Position numbers and translations under genes: made by a program. From positions 345,092,001 through 345,156,000 of the forward strand of contig OZ024742.1 in assembly GCA_964016885.1 (NCBI GenBank): DNA of 64,000 nt. Direction: 5' to 3'. The DNA comes from Eledone cirrhosa. Taxonomy: Eukaryota. Shown here one piece after another: positions 38,362-52,668 of this stretch. Under the pieces are notes generated by a model that was given only the letters and a program-made list of their open reading frames with translations, was not told the DNA's origin and ran no database searches. The stretch's first letter is position 1. Every line of letters begins with the position of its first letter.

Positions 38362-38549
38362 AGGGCGGTGATTGGCAGTATCGGTAGCGGGTCGGACGCC
38401 ATACTTTCCAGCATAGTTACGTCCCTTTACGGTCTAAGTTCAAATCATGTCGAATGTTAACTTTGCCTTTCATCCTTACGGGGTCGATAAAATAAAGTAC
38501 CAGTAATGTACTGGGTAATTGCTGGCCTTGTGCCATAAGTAGAAACAAT
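38362..38549 (+). mobile_element. tRNA-derived SINE family 1
   Basis: Reverse complement of 21347-21536. Confidence 0.88.
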
Positions 38550-39320
38550 ATTATTGATTTTTACATTAATTATAACTATCCAGACAATGAGATTTCCTCA
38601 AGAATCACAGTTAAGCACTCAATGAATTTACAAAATCCTTATGTTGTAAATACGAATTTGCACAATACTTTATGTACCAGATAAACGGATTTTTGTAGGA
38701 ACACAAAGAATACTCTGAACTGTACAATTTCATTGCTGCGTCCTGTTGCAAAATATCTCGCAGAGAAACCAGGCATTATTTCCGAAAACAACATTCAAGA
38801 AAGCCTACGTAGTCAGGACCGTCGGAGCGAATTATCGACGGAGTTCATTTCTACATTCTAGCGAAGGAACCTGTCCAAGATACCGGCAGAGACTAAACTT
38901 AAACCCACAATAGCCGCGGTAGTAGTTTTACACTGTGGTAATATTATGTGACCTTTTAAAGGGGAAGGTTGACACATTCCTTCACTGGAAGAAAGTACAC
39001 TGGAAGAAAGTGGTTAAATTCAAATGGTTTGAAAAACAACAAACGAGAGGTGCATAATACGTAGAAATAGAATTAATCTAAAAAATAATGTTCAACTTAG
39101 GATCAATTGAATATCCGTTACCTGGGAAAACGAAACTAATTATAACGAGCCAGACAATTAGGTTTCGTCTAGGATCGCCGTTAACCACTCACTCAATGAT
39201 TTTTGTTCATTTATCTGAAGAATATATTATTTCTATCCTGTGATTAGGTAGTAGCTGTGATTAAATCGATTTGGGTGGCCCTGTGGCAGAAGAACTACCA
39301 TTAATTACGAACATTCTATA

Positions 39321-39398
<78 letters not shown>

Positions 39399-39510
39399 TC
39401 AAGTTCATAATAAACAAAGGATGTATACATAAAACCGCCTCTCTTCTTTATAATAGGAAAAAGTATGACCCCGACGGCAGAGCACAAGCCGTTTCGACGG
39501 CATATTTATA

Positions 39511-39548
<38 letters not shown>

Positions 39549-39619
39549 AGAGAGAGAGATAAGTTGATTTCTCACGAATGAAACAGTTCTAGTCATGTAG
39601 AAGCTTTTCTATATTAACA

Positions 39620-39684
<65 letters not shown>

Positions 39685-39735
39685 TTAATATATAAGGAAA
39701 CAAAGAATCAGTGTTGTATCATATACATATTTAAT

Positions 39736-39829
39736 AACATATTACATATGTTTCACTGTCGATCAGCTCGAGTAACGATCTATTAATGATCAAACCTGAC
39801 TCGGGAATCGGAAGCTCCTCAGATATGTT
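39736..39829 (-). ncRNA. Type I hammerhead ribozyme with extended stem II
   Basis: Minus strand reads AACATAT CTGAGGA GCT..(61 nt in total)..AGT GAAA CATATG TA ATATGTT; palindromic ACATATGT. Confidence 0.82.
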
Positions 39830-40834
39830 TTAGCACGTAGACTCGCGTATGAGATAGGCTATTGTCCCGATTCCCTCTTATATGCTACCACAAATTTTGT
39901 CATAGGGGTGTGTTATTGTATTCCCTTGTTGGTCTGTTTCCGGTCAGATCCCAGCTGGGAGCTTTCTATAATTTAGCGGCTATTATCTCCATATCGGTCA
40001 AGTTGTCGCACGTATCCATGCGTTTCGAGCCGTCTGCCTGACACTCGCTGGTACATTGTTTCAGGTAAGCATCAAGGAGGTAACACAATACAAGAATGCA
40101 GGGGTGATGATATGTAAAGGGGTAAAGGAATTAAAATACAAACTAAAAAATAAAAACCACATTCATACACACACATACACACACATGTATATAAGTATGT
40201 ATATATGTATATATGTATATATGTATATAAGTATATATGTATATAAGTATATATAAGTATATATGTATATAAGAAGACAGCAAATGAGAGTAGTACTCCA
40301 AACACGGTGTGGTTCTGATCAGGAACAATAGTAAAGTAGTGGATGAAACTAGCTGAAACCGCACGGTCTCGTTGTCTTGTCGTCTCTTTCAAGCTTTAAC
40401 ACTCCGGCGATCAGGCGCTGCAAATAACATCCGGAAACTAACCCGGCTTCAAATGACCAAGGCGGACAGGTGTAGCAAACAAACGTCTCAAAACAAACGT
40501 TGCATACCTGACCTTGTGCGTGTCGACAATGGTAAGGTTGTAACCACATCTTGTAACGGATAAAAAATTTGTCCGGGAAAGACTGCCCTAACACCAGCCA
40601 GAGTTACCTCTCTTGACCTACTGCAAAATCAAAACACGCTTTTCTGCGAAAAATGAACTCTGACGTGAACTTATCTCCAAAAACACTTTCCGGGCCATGG
40701 TCATGTAAGGAACATTTTTTAGTTATTTATGCCCTTGAGAATCCCAACCGGGCGAAACTTACGGTACGTAGGTGCTGTTTGAAATAAACATGTTGTAACG
40801 GTCTGTTCTAATAATTCTTATTTTTCCACGTGCT

Positions 40835-40866
<32 letters not shown>

Positions 40867-40968
40867 GAGAGAAAGAGAGGAGCGAAGAAATAGATTGATA
40901 GCTAAACAATATCTGTAGCTCTGCAGCACAAGCATGTAGACGTATATTTTTTATAAATGTATCCTATA

Positions 40969-41050
40969 TGCCTTCATCCTTACGGAATCGATAAAATAAA
41001 GTACCAGTAATGCACTGGGTATTTGCTGGCCTTGTGCCAAAAATAGAAAC

Positions 41051-41052
<2 letters not shown>
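40969..41052 (+). mobile_element. tRNA-derived SINE family 1, 3' fragment
   Basis: Central motif plus GGCCTTGTGCCAAAA.TAGAAACAA tail. Confidence 0.8.
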
Positions 41053-41087
<35 letters not shown>

Positions 41088-41091
<4 letters not shown>

Positions 41092-41614
41092 ATATTAATA
41101 AATGGAAACTATATTTATAAAACCATAATTATTTTATATATATTTCAAGGGTGACCAAGCCAATCTTGGTGCGCTTTCATCAGATAAAATACAAAATACA
41201 AAATTTGTAACATAAACATAGGACCTATTTACCTTATATGGGCTCATCCTTGGATACGCTTCTTTCTTCGCTCTTTCTTCACTCCATTTCTTCACTCTAT
41301 TTCTACATATACTAATATTTTACTTTTCTCTCTCTTCTTCCCACAGGGTAATTTAAATAAACGATTGTTTATTCAATTTTTCCGGCATTCATTTGCATAT
41401 TCACACATAAGTTTGAATTACCCTTAATAAATTTTCATTATCCAGCGAATTTTAAACGGTGAAGGTTGTTTTCCATGGTTATGTCACTATTTATGAAACA
41501 AATTTTGTATTTTATCTGATGAGAGCGCACCAAGGTGGGGTTGGTCGCCCTTCAAATATATGTAATAAAATAATTATGGTTTTATAAATATAGTTTCCAT
41601 TTATTAATATATTG
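41088..41614. mobile_element. Element with ~120-bp inverted arms, each containing an HHR motif
   Basis: Minus 41131-41190 reads ATTTTAT CTGATGA..GAAA TATATA; plus 41509-41571 reads ATTTTAT CTGATGA..CAAA TATATG TA ATAAAAT. Confidence 0.72.
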
Positions 41615-41708
41615 AATATTTACTCCAGTAATATGTTGAGTGCTCTATATCAGTTATAAACATTTAAGTTTGTTGGAATCCCAACAAATTAAATATAACT
41701 TCTACATA

Positions 41709-41824
<116 letters not shown>

Positions 41825-41887
41825 TAGATAGATAGATAGATAGATAGATAAATATACACGGGTGTGTATGATTGTGTATAGAAGATT

Positions 41888-42263
41888 ATATTAATAAAAG
41901 GAATTCCAACTTTGTCTGATTTACTCATTTTATTTACAATCCTTTAAAATTTATAATGGTATTAGAATGAAATAGTATGGTAGAATGTTAAATGTTAAGT
42001 GTTAATTGAACAAGTACTTTCATACTTTCGCAATCTTCAAGGTTCATAATGTGTGGTGACAGTCAAGTTTGCAATTTTTAACTGTTGAAAATTGCAAACT
42101 TGACTGTCACCACAGATTATGAACCTGAAGATTGCGAAAGTATGAAAGTACTTGTTCAATTAACACTTAACATTTAATATTCTACCATACTATTTTATTA
42201 TAATAGCATTTTAAAGGATTGTAAATAAAACGAGTAAATCAGACAAAGTTGGAATTCCTTTTA

Positions 42264-42268
<5 letters not shown>
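41888..42268. repeat. Fold-back palindrome, arms about 190 bp, HHR in each arm
   Basis: Centre about 42083; HHR at 42120 (+) and a one-base-insertion copy at 42008-42045 (-). Confidence 0.9.
42120..42158 (+). ncRNA. Minimal type I hammerhead motif
   Basis: TGAAC CTGAAGA TTGC-GAAA-GTAT GAAA GTAC TT GTTCA; palindromic AAGTACTT. Confidence 0.78.
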
Positions 42269-42306
<38 letters not shown>

Positions 42307-42594
42307 CATTTCTGAATTTGTTTAGCAAGATTCTTTATTTGAAAACTTGTGTTGAAACCGATATTGTTATACTTTAGGAGGGTCATGTTGCCAATAAGAA
42401 ACACACGCACCAGTTGCTTTCACTCCAATTTATTATAATTTAAATTATATATATATATATAAATATATATATATATGTATATGCTTGTTATGTGGAATCG
42501 CATAAACGCACCAAGCTTGCACTGAATAAAGGACTCATATACTATATTGAGAGTAATATAATATTTATCTTATATTTGTATACACACACACACA

Positions 42595-42714
<120 letters not shown>

Positions 42715-44339
42715 CACACACACAAACATAAATGTATTCATACATAAACATCCACATATATGTGTGTGTATGTTTGCGCACGTCCCGTTGTTTGTATGTA
42801 TATTATTTTTTTTTTGTGGTGGTGGTGGTGGTGGTGGGACTTGTGTGTAATTGTGGTAAGTAAAAAGAATTATTGAGTCTTAAACTTTATTCAAACTCTA
42901 CGTTTTCCTGGGTTACATTATATGAATATACACTATGTTTCATATATTGTTTGAATAAATAATGAAGGCTATAGTCATTTCACAGTCAGAAATGTCATGT
43001 TTAAATAATCAATAAGAATAATGGCCTTAATGTTGAATTGTAAATCATGTTTATGTCTTCATATTGTTACGGATACTTACACAAGAGCTGTATAGAACAA
43101 TTCTAAAATCTAGGCACGACATTACAGGATTTAAAGTGGTACCAGTCTGATAACATGAATGATTTATTTTGTAGTTCATTTCAAAGAAGACCTCTCACAG
43201 ACACCATAAAAAAAAACGGGTTGATAAAAAAAAAGAAACTTTATGAATAACTCTTTTTATATCAAAATCATTTGCCTGAAATGATATGACAATATGATGC
43301 ATGGGGGCCTATGTGGCAAATAAGTACGCTTGGCAATCAGATAGTTTTGGGTTCGATTCGGCGAGGTACATTAGGTAACGTTTTTAGGCAATAATCTTGA
43401 CTTAATTAATGTCTTACAAGGAAGATTTTGCGGTAGGGTACTGTACAGATAGGCATGAATTCGCAGAGCCGTCGGATAGAATGTTTTGCGGTTTTTATTT
43501 CGACTGTCAGCTCTCTGAGTTCAAGTCTTGCCGAGGTCATCTTTGATTTTCATCAGTCAAGTACTGGGGTCGATTCTTCCTGTATATCTCTTTCTCACTT
43601 CCATTCTCTCATTCACTCTATCCTTTTCTGGAATATAACTACTGTATTCAAACCTGGAGAGGATTTGACTCCGCCAAGTTTAAACAATGCCCTAGAAACG
43701 CTGTATATCAATACGGCGTTTCTACAACTCTCCCGGGAGTTACGGGATACCCCTGTACAGATACCCATTCTATAAATTCATAACTTAGCAGTTTGATAAA
43801 TAAAGATTGATAGAAACAACAAATTTAAATAATAATTATGATCGATTAAATATATTGAGGAATGTGCCACAGCATGTTGGCAATCTAATAAAAGAATATA
43901 TATAAAAGAGACTAGTAAAAGAATAAATATAAGGTGGTGCCCCAGCCTGGCCTCATCCTGTCGCCTGGAACATGTAATAGAGTAATTGAATATCATCGGT
44001 GTATATAATACAGGGACGTGATTGATTTTGGAAATAAAGGTATTTTCTATTTTAGATAAATGGAACGACGCGAATAACTCGGGCCTCGACTAATCCCCCC
44101 CTCCCCCAACCCCTCCAACGCCTATTAATATGTCAGGTTTTGTATAACCCTCTCGCTCTTATTCTATTACACTTATTAACTTTTGCTAATCTATCTCCGT
44201 CGAAGCTTTATTTCAAGTGGTAGCATTCCTGCGACGATTAGTTTTCTTTAAAAAAACATTAACATGACAAAAAAAAGTACATTGCTAGAAATCCCATACA
44301 TTATACAATAAATAGGATGGGTTGGGTTTGATTATGTAA

Positions 44340-44720
44340 ACTAAACGACAAATTCTGTTTTTTTTTAAATATCAACGGAGACAACCTAGAAATATTACCG
44401 TTTTTACAACCTGCTCCGCTTATTCCAGCCACTCCTATTATTTGAGATCCGAGATTGGGCCTGAGAAGGGACTTCATAGCTTCAACGTATTTCTGAGTGT
44501 AGATGTTACTTTGAGGACAGCGTAAGAGGAACTGGGACCCTTTTCCGTCATTTCTACGTACAAAAATGTGGGCTTTATTGCTGGGTATGTATATATGTTG
44601 TCCAAGACAATATTTATTGTTTCCATTAAGGGGATTTTGGTGGAAATGCTACCAACTTTATTTGTTTCATGGGGGATGTTTAGACAACCGTCTGATGCTT
44701 TTATGCTCATGCAAACCTGT
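44340..44720 (-). pseudogene. Highly decayed Penelope-type RT fragment
   Basis: TKIPLMETINIVLDNIY resembles the PLE RT motif FTNIP..ETI. Confidence 0.5.
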
Positions 44721-45124
44721 CAATTCCCCGTCGGACGGGGAAATTTGCAATAGCATTTGTGGTGGGTGAGTGGTAACTTCTCTTGTGTAAAATCTCCCCA
44801 TTTTGCCTCATATATCCCCGTTTTAGGGCACATTTTTTCATTGTACTCACCGTTTGGGTTTTCAGAGGTTGGCAGGTCTGCTCTTCATATGCAGTTGCCC
44901 TGAAATGTATGACTTGATATAGTTGGCGATTATGTGTGGATATATTCCTTTAGGAGATTATTAGTTGGAGAAAGTGGTTCTATTGTTAAACTCTACTTCA
45001 ATGTCTTACAAGAAGATGGATTCTGTTTGATCGTTAACTGCAGTAGTTAGATTGTCAGGATAAAGTTTGATTTCATAATTCTCCTACATCCTTATGTTAT
45101 CCTGAAGGAATCCATTGTAACAAG

Positions 45125-45195
<71 letters not shown>

Positions 45196-45199
45196 TAAT

Positions 45200-45830
45200 A
45201 AAATCAATGAAATAAAAACAAAGAACAGGTTGCTTGTATTGAAAAAATTCATCATTTTACGATCGTTTCTGGGATATATATGTGTGTGTTGGTATGTATA
45301 TCATATTAAAGATCTATGTAAAAAAATATTACAAATTATCATAGGTAATATACATACCTTCACCTATATATGCCATCTTCAGAAATGATGAAGTATGTTT
45401 ATTGAAAGAAACAAAGTCTTAATACAAAAAGTCTGTTTGGGAACAGGTTTTGTATTGACCAATAGAAAAGAGTTAGAGGTCAAGTTGATAGAATAACAGT
45501 AGTAAAACTTTATGCTAGGAGTGGAGGAATGTAAATTTATGCTTTGAATGAAAATAATACAATGGGGAAGAGATAGATAGGGGTTAAAATGAGGTCAAGT
45601 CAATGAGATAGTGAAGGATTACCCCCAAAAATTGAAGTTATTAAAGAGTGCTGTTAGAATTGAAGAGAAAAGAATTTTTTGTGGGATGAGAGTGTTAGTG
45701 AGAAATACTACTTGTGTTTAAATTTCAAGGAACCTAGATACTTAAAAGGAAATTAAATTAATTGATAGGTATACTTACAGAGTTAAAATTATATTAATTC
45801 TTATGAATGTGATAAATAAAGAAGTAAAAA

Positions 45831-45862
<32 letters not shown>

Positions 45863-47750
45863 GAAAGACTGAAATAGATAAAATGTTATCAAAAATAGTG
45901 TATCTATCTAAACATCCATAATATTAAAGATATTAATTATATTTACTAATCCTAGGTATTAAATAATTCTAGGAATTAAATGTGATAGATAGCGGATGCG
46001 GTTAAAAGAAGTAGTGAGGTTAAAGATAACTTTAGGTAAAGTGAGCTGCAAGAGGGAAATAAAATTATGAAATTCTTTGTAGTAAATATCTAATTATAGG
46101 TTAACTAAATAAAATTTTTTTTTTTTTAATTAATTATAATAATTTGTAAAATATAAGAGTGAGGTATATATTAATTAAGTTTATAATATTTGAAGCTTTT
46201 TCTAATTCTATGATTGCATGATATAATTAACTCCTGTCGCTTATTTAATAGGATATCATTAGATTTCATGATTTCAAATAGTTCTTGGGAGCATAACCTA
46301 CACTCATATCTGCTATTTTGATAAGCTATTTTGATAAGCATGCTCCAGGTGAGGTTGTAATCAATATCCTTTTTCTATAATTATTAATTGCTTCAGCCAA
46401 GGAGGTTGTATTAGCTAATGCGGCATTTTTTAAATTATGTTTGTGGGTATTAAATCTTACTTTAAATTGGTTAGACGTAGCTCCTATATAGGATTGAGCG
46501 GAGTCCTTAGTACTAATTACACATTTATAGACTATGTTATTAATAAGACAATTTCCCTTTAATGGGCAATTTCTTTTGATTCTACAGTTACAGCCATTCG
46601 TAAATATTGTGTCAGGAGAGTTAATTGTGTTATCTATAGTGGTATTAGTGTTACTATTTTCATTAATGTATGGTTTAGAATGGGTTGTAATTAGATTAGT
46701 ATGGTTAGACAGGTTGTTGGTGGGTGATAGTTTAGGGGATGTGGAGCTAGTAGAGTTCTGTTTGTTTTGGAGATTATAAGTAAAAACGTGTGTGTAGTTT
46801 ACGGGACCTATTATAGGTGAAGAAGAAGGTGGTTTGTTTTGGTTTACTCTAGTATTATTCTGGTTGGTTTGATGTGTTGGTGGTATATTTATGTTTTTTT
46901 TACACTTATATTCTGTTGTATATTCTTGGTAGTGGAGTAGGAAAATTTGACAGCAGATCTATTTAAAATTTGTTATTATTTATGGTTTGGTGGGAGGTTT
47001 TTCTCTAGGATAGCAAAGAATTTTTTCGGGATATGGTCTTTAATCTGTACATTAAATGGAGCATTATACCAAGTAACCCGTCTATTAAGGTTTCGATATT
47101 GTTTCTTATATTTATATAATGTATCGGGAGGTTTACTGAGAGAGTTACTATTAGTGATTTTATTATATATAGGTTTAGTTAGATTAATTGATGTTTTAGT
47201 CTGATTACTAGGAATTTTGTTAGTTATGTTGTAACCATATGTAAGAGTATTAGGGTGAATGGTTTTTTGAAAGTCATTATCTTTTATGTGAGAAATTAAG
47301 TTTTGGGTTGGTGTTTTTAGGTGTAGTATGAGTGGCATTTAGGTGTGGGTTTTTCATTTGGTGTTTGTTTGTAATATTAGGTTGTATGTTTGAAATATTA
47401 TTGGTGCAAGGTATATAGACTAATTTGTTCTTATGGCCGCTTCTAGCTAAAGCTTCATTTTAAAATGGCGCGTTTTTATCGAATACATCATGATTTGATG
47501 AAAGGTTAGAGATTCTGAGTGAGATATTATATGTTAGGTTTTTAAGGATAGATCTAGGCTGATTAGATTGTGAGTGTATATAATGTAAGTTTTGGTTAGG
47601 TTTATGGTAAGGTTGGTAGATACCTGTAGATAGGTCCATAGTTATATCTAGGAAATTGACTATTTTACTGGTGTTTTCAAATGTAATAGTTAGATTATAA
47701 TAGTCTTTGAGGAAAGTTATAATAAGTTTTTTTTATATCTTTCAATTTCT
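45200..47750 (-). mobile_element. Penelope-like element, 5'-truncated and decayed
   Basis: Hand translation gives VNFLDITMDL, VTWYNAPFN and CNCRIKRNCPLKGNC..IVY..SYIGATSNQFKVR; terminal HHR; ends at (TA)n. Confidence 0.88.
45248..45392 (-). ncRNA. Type I hammerhead ribozyme with 106-nt stem II insertion
   Basis: Minus strand reads TTCATCATTT CTGAAGA TGGCATATATA...TATATATCCCA GAAA CGATCG TA AAATGATGAA; 10-bp stem I; palindromic ACGATCGT. Confidence 0.82.
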
Positions 47751-47945
47751 GAATATATTTCTTTGAGGAGATTATTAGTTGGAGAAAGTGGTTCTTTTGT
47801 GCAAAGTTAAACTCTACTTCAATGTCTTACATGAAGATGGATTCTGTTTGATCGTTAACTGCAGTAGTTAGATTGTCAGGATCAGGTTTGATTTCATAAT
47901 TCTCCTACATCCCCATGTTATCCTGAAGGAATCCATTGTAATGAG

Positions 47946-48005
<60 letters not shown>

Positions 48006-48310
48006 CTCCTTACAATGGATTGCTAATACTATCTATCGGTCGCAACTCCAGGTAGAAGGAGCAGCATGAATTAAAGTGTCTTGCCGAGGGATACAACTTA
48101 TCACTCGGTCCGGGAATCTAAATCACAACCTCACGATTGCGAATCCAATTCTCTAAACACTCTGCCACGGGCTTTCACTTTTAAAATAATAGTCCAAGAA
48201 TGGGGCATATAACTCCACTGTTCTGGAAAAGATGGATATAGGGAGAGAAAGACAGAGATGAAATTTTAGACGCGTAGCTAGGTTGGTAGATAAATAGATA
48301 GATAGATAGA

Positions 48311-49369
48311 CATCTTTCTTTATTTGCCACAGGGGCGTACAAAAATGGGACATTACAATACGTGACGGCGGGGGTTTTACATAAAAATAACATTAATAAA
48401 TAACAATAAACTATATATAATAAAATAACAATTGAAATCCCCAATAGGGGGGAACGTTACTGCAGAGTTGTTTTACACCCCGTGGATAGAACAACCCTCA
48501 ACACCAGGAACACGTTTTGTAGGTGTTCCTGTCTTCCCTCTGTTTATCCTCCTCAACCTACAGGTTTATATACAGAGAAGGCCCATTCACTCGGCCCATT
48601 TTCGCCACATTCACCCACATTTCAGCGAATTTACTGGGGTGTAGCACCTCTCTCTCCACTCTCACCTTCCTTCTGAAGTGATATTTAAAGAAGGGGATAA
48701 ATTGTTGTCCGGAGAGAAAGGTGCTTACCCTCAGTCCTTTTAACCTCGTCCACCATATACCCTCTTTCGCCATAGCCACCAGACAGAGGAAAACCACCTC
48801 TCCTTCGTTCTTAAATGAAGGCGGCGGGGTGATCCTCACGATGGACTCGGCTGACAACTGGATGCTTCCCACACATGACAGCTGTTCGACACAATTCCAC
48901 AGGTCGGTCACCCCTGGGCACTGAACAATTGCGTGCAGAACGGTTTCGATGTCCTGCTCGCATCTTGGACAGGTCCTTTTGGCAGGATCTCTGTAGATTT
49001 TGTCTCGAATTGGTAGAGCTCCTCGGTAGCATTGCCTGGCCAGAGAAATCTGGATGTTATCCATAGGCCCTGGACGGAAAGTCCTCCAGAACAGACTGGT
49101 CAGTTCGTCCTCATTGATGCCTAGAGTTTTCCCGAGAACGTCGCCGCACTTACCCTTCACTAATCCCCTATAGAATGTCGAAGTGGAGTCTCCGCTGATT
49201 GCCGCTTCCGCTTGGTAGAGGGCTGTGAGCGCCTGTAGGCACTCAAGGTGCCAGGCACACATTTTCGGTCTTCGCTTCACCCAGGACTGCAGCTCTGTTA
49301 GTGAGACGAGTTGTGGAAGAGCTTGTCTCACAAACGACAGCCACACCGGTTCATTGGTCAGGAATACCT
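48311..49369 (-). mobile_element. Tx1/L1-like LINE, 5'-truncated copy
   Basis: C-terminal CPRC..ETVLHAIVQC; (GATA)n on both sides. Confidence 0.9.
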
Positions 49370-49371
49370 GG

Positions 49372-49404
<33 letters not shown>

Positions 49405-52400
49405 TGTTTCTTTATTAGCCACAGGGGCACAAAAGAAGGGGACAAATACAAAGGGGGAAGTTTACATACAATAAAAACGTGTAAAATGTTATCACAAATG
49501 CAATTTAAAAAGTTAGTCGATTTTCCCCCAATAGGGAGAGACAGTTCATATGGGTAACACATACCCACGAAAAAATGTGCAACCATCAACTCCAGGAGTA
49601 CGAAGAGTTTGTACTCCTTTCCTCTCCTCTCCTTTTCCTCAACCTACAGGCTGATATAGAGAGAAGGCCCATTCACTCGGGCCATTCTCGCCACTTTCAC
49701 CCACCTTTCATAAAACTTGCTGGGGTGCAGCACCTCTCTCTCCATCCTGATTCTTCTTCCAAAGTGGAATTTGAAAAAAAGAACCAGTTGTTGGCCGGAG
49801 AGAAAGGTGTCTGACCTCAGCCCTTTCAACCTTGTCCACCATGCAACCTCTTTCGCCATAGCTATCACACAAAGGAAAATCGCCTCTCCTTCGTTTTTGA
49901 AGTAGGGTGGCGGTTTGATCATGACAATGGACTCAGTGGTCAACCGGATTGGTCCCACCCGCGACAATAGTAGTTCTACATAGCCCCACAGGTCAGTGAC
50001 GCCCGGGCGGTGTATGAATGCGTGCGCGACGGTTTCTTCGTTATGCACGCACCTTGGAAAGATCTTTTTTGCAGGGTCCCTGCACGGGCTCCCATGTCTG
50101 TAGAGCTTGTCTCGAACTGGTAGAGCTCCTTGGAAGCACTGCCAGGCCAGGGACTTTTGGAAGTTGTCCATCGGTCCCGGGCGGAAGGTCCTACCAAACA
50201 GACTGGCCAGTTCATCTTCCTCTACGCCTAGAGTTTCACCGAGCGCGTGGTCGCACTTGCTGCGGATCAACCCTCTATAGAATGACGAAGTGGAGTCTCC
50301 ACTGATCGTCGGGTCCGCCTGCCAGAGGGCTGTGAGCGCCTGAGCACATTCGATGTGCCAGTCGCCCATTTTCCTCGATCTTTGCTTGACCCAAGACTGC
50401 AGCTCGGTGAGCGAGACGAGTCGTGGGAAGGCTCGCCTCACGAACGGGGGCCTCACCGGTTGTCCGGTGAGGAATACGTAGAGATCCCGCAGCCTGAGCG
50501 CGTGCTTGCGCATCGTCAACCACGGCATCCCCAGCCCTCCGTTACAAGGGTGTTGGCAGCAGATGGATTTCTCACCAAAGGAGCCCGCCTCTTCCAAAGG
50601 AATTGGAAGAGCGCGCGTTCCATTTTGCCGAGCCTTTTGGCTGGACAAGGCCCGACGGTCAAGCGGTAGTAGATGGCGGACGCTATAAAAGTGTTCGCCA
50701 CCTCCGCTCGACCTATCAAGGATAGTTTGCACTCGGCCCACTTCTGGGTGAGTGCAAACACCTTGGCCGTCACTTCGTTCCAGTTCTTCTCCACCTGGAG
50801 GTCCGGACCAAACCAGACCCCGAACATCTTTACCGGTCCTCCCATCCAGCGTCCGACGACGCCATCGGAAGGCATCGGTTTGCCTCTTCACAATCCGAGT
50901 TGCAAACCGATGGATTTGTCCCGGTTCAGCTTCGCTCCTGTGAAACTTTCGTATTCCTTCAGTAAGGTGCCGACTTCCTCGATTTGCGAGGCGCTCGACA
51001 GCATTACTTTAAACGTCGTCGGCGTAGGCCGACGCCGCTTTCCGCTGTACCGGTTCCAGAGCGATGCCCTGCAATAGCTTCAACTTCCGCAGTAGTGGCT
51101 CGAGAGTCAGTACGTACAGAAGGGAGAAGAGAGGGCATCCCTGTCGAATGGATCGCGTAATATGGAACGGCTCCGAGAGGTAGCCGTTCACCTTCACCCT
51201 TGAGCAGATGTTGGTGTTGTGCATTGCAGCAATCCAGCCCCTGAACACGAGTCGAACCCTGCCGCCTCGAGTACCGCATCCAGGTAACGATGGTCAACCC
51301 TATCGTAAGCCTTAGACTGATCCAAGTTGATCAGGGCCCCACCGAAGCCGGGTTTACACCCTACCCTCACTATGATGTATCGCATGAGGTGGAGGTTGTC
51401 GTGTATGGACCTGGTCGGGATTGCGCATGTCTGCGCTTCTCCCACCAGGTTCTCGACGACAAGCGCCAACCTCTTTGCCAACACCTTGGCCAAAATCTGT
51501 AACTCTGTGTTTAGCAGAATGATGGGCCGGAAGTTGCCTATGTCATCCCCCTTATTCTCGTCCTTCCTGATTAGTGTGACTACGCCCCCGGTTACAGAAC
51601 TGGGAATTCTCCCGTTCTGTTGCCAGTTGCAGTAGACCGCTTCCAGGAGACCGGAGAATAAGTCCGGCATTGCTACGTAAAATTCGTAGGGTAGACCGTC
51701 GAGACAGGAGATTTGCGTTTGCCGCATTGGCCCAGCGCGTCCCCTATCTCAGCGACTGAAATCGGCTTTTCGCAGAACTTTGCCTCGCTGTCCGAGAGTC
51801 GAGGTAGGCCGTCGAGGTATGGACCGAAATCCAGAGCCCCTCCCGGCGCGCCTCCCCGCCCGAACAGTTGAAAAGTGCCGCTGAAAGGCCGCACACATCT
51901 GCTTCGGCTCACGTATCACGCGTCCGTTTTGGTCCTTCAAAGACCGAATCGTGGACTTGTTGCCACTTTTTGCCTCCGTCAGTCGGGCCCAGCTAACAGC
52001 TTTGGCTCCCTCGTTTCCGAGAGCACGTATTTTGCTTCTGACAACGCAGCCCTCGTGCTTTGCGTCGAAGAACTGGTCCAAGGCCGTTCTCGTTGCTAGC
52101 ACGCTGGCTACGTTGCCACTTCTAATTGCCTCTTCTACTTTATCTACCAGTTCCTTCTCGGTTCTATTTCTATCTAACGCTAATTCTTTACTAAAAACTA
52201 ACGAGTCTAATCTAACTGCCTTCTTGAGAGAGTACCACCATCTTTGTTGACAATGGCCCTGTCAAGTGCTGTTTAACAAAAGTGCTAATCCGTCTACTGT
52301 AGGCTTTGCTTGTCGTTAACGACAAGTTTAGCTTCCAGTAGCCGGGTCCTTGTCTATGGGTTCTATCAAGGTTGGTCATGCAGGTCACTAGTTTGTGATC

Positions 52401-52668
52401 TGAATAGGCAACCATGAACATTTGTGGACAGCTTAACATGCCCCTATCCTTATTTCTAACTAGAACCCTATCTAGGTACGATCTAGATGTTCCGCTGCGA
52501 TTAGTCCACGTACACAGTGGCACAGTCGGAAAATCTAGTCGAGATCTATCGGCCAGGTCAAATCGGTCGATTAACTGTTTGAGGCTGTTACACCCCCCTT
52601 TATCGGGACATGCTCCCACATAGTCCCAACATGCATCTAGGATTCCATTCCAGTCCCCCACTAAAAGC
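49405..52668 (-). mobile_element. Tx1/L1-like LINE, ORF2 from mid-APE to 3' end, frameshifted
   Basis: GDWN, SYLDR, SDH, GYWKLN, NFRPI.LLN, RQGCPL, AYADD and C-terminal region. Confidence 0.92.

Noticed and set aside
48558-49589. 343-aa ORF as one gene
   Set aside because: Chance read-through from one LINE 3' UTR across (TATC)n into the next truncated copy; the same applies to 57774-58451.
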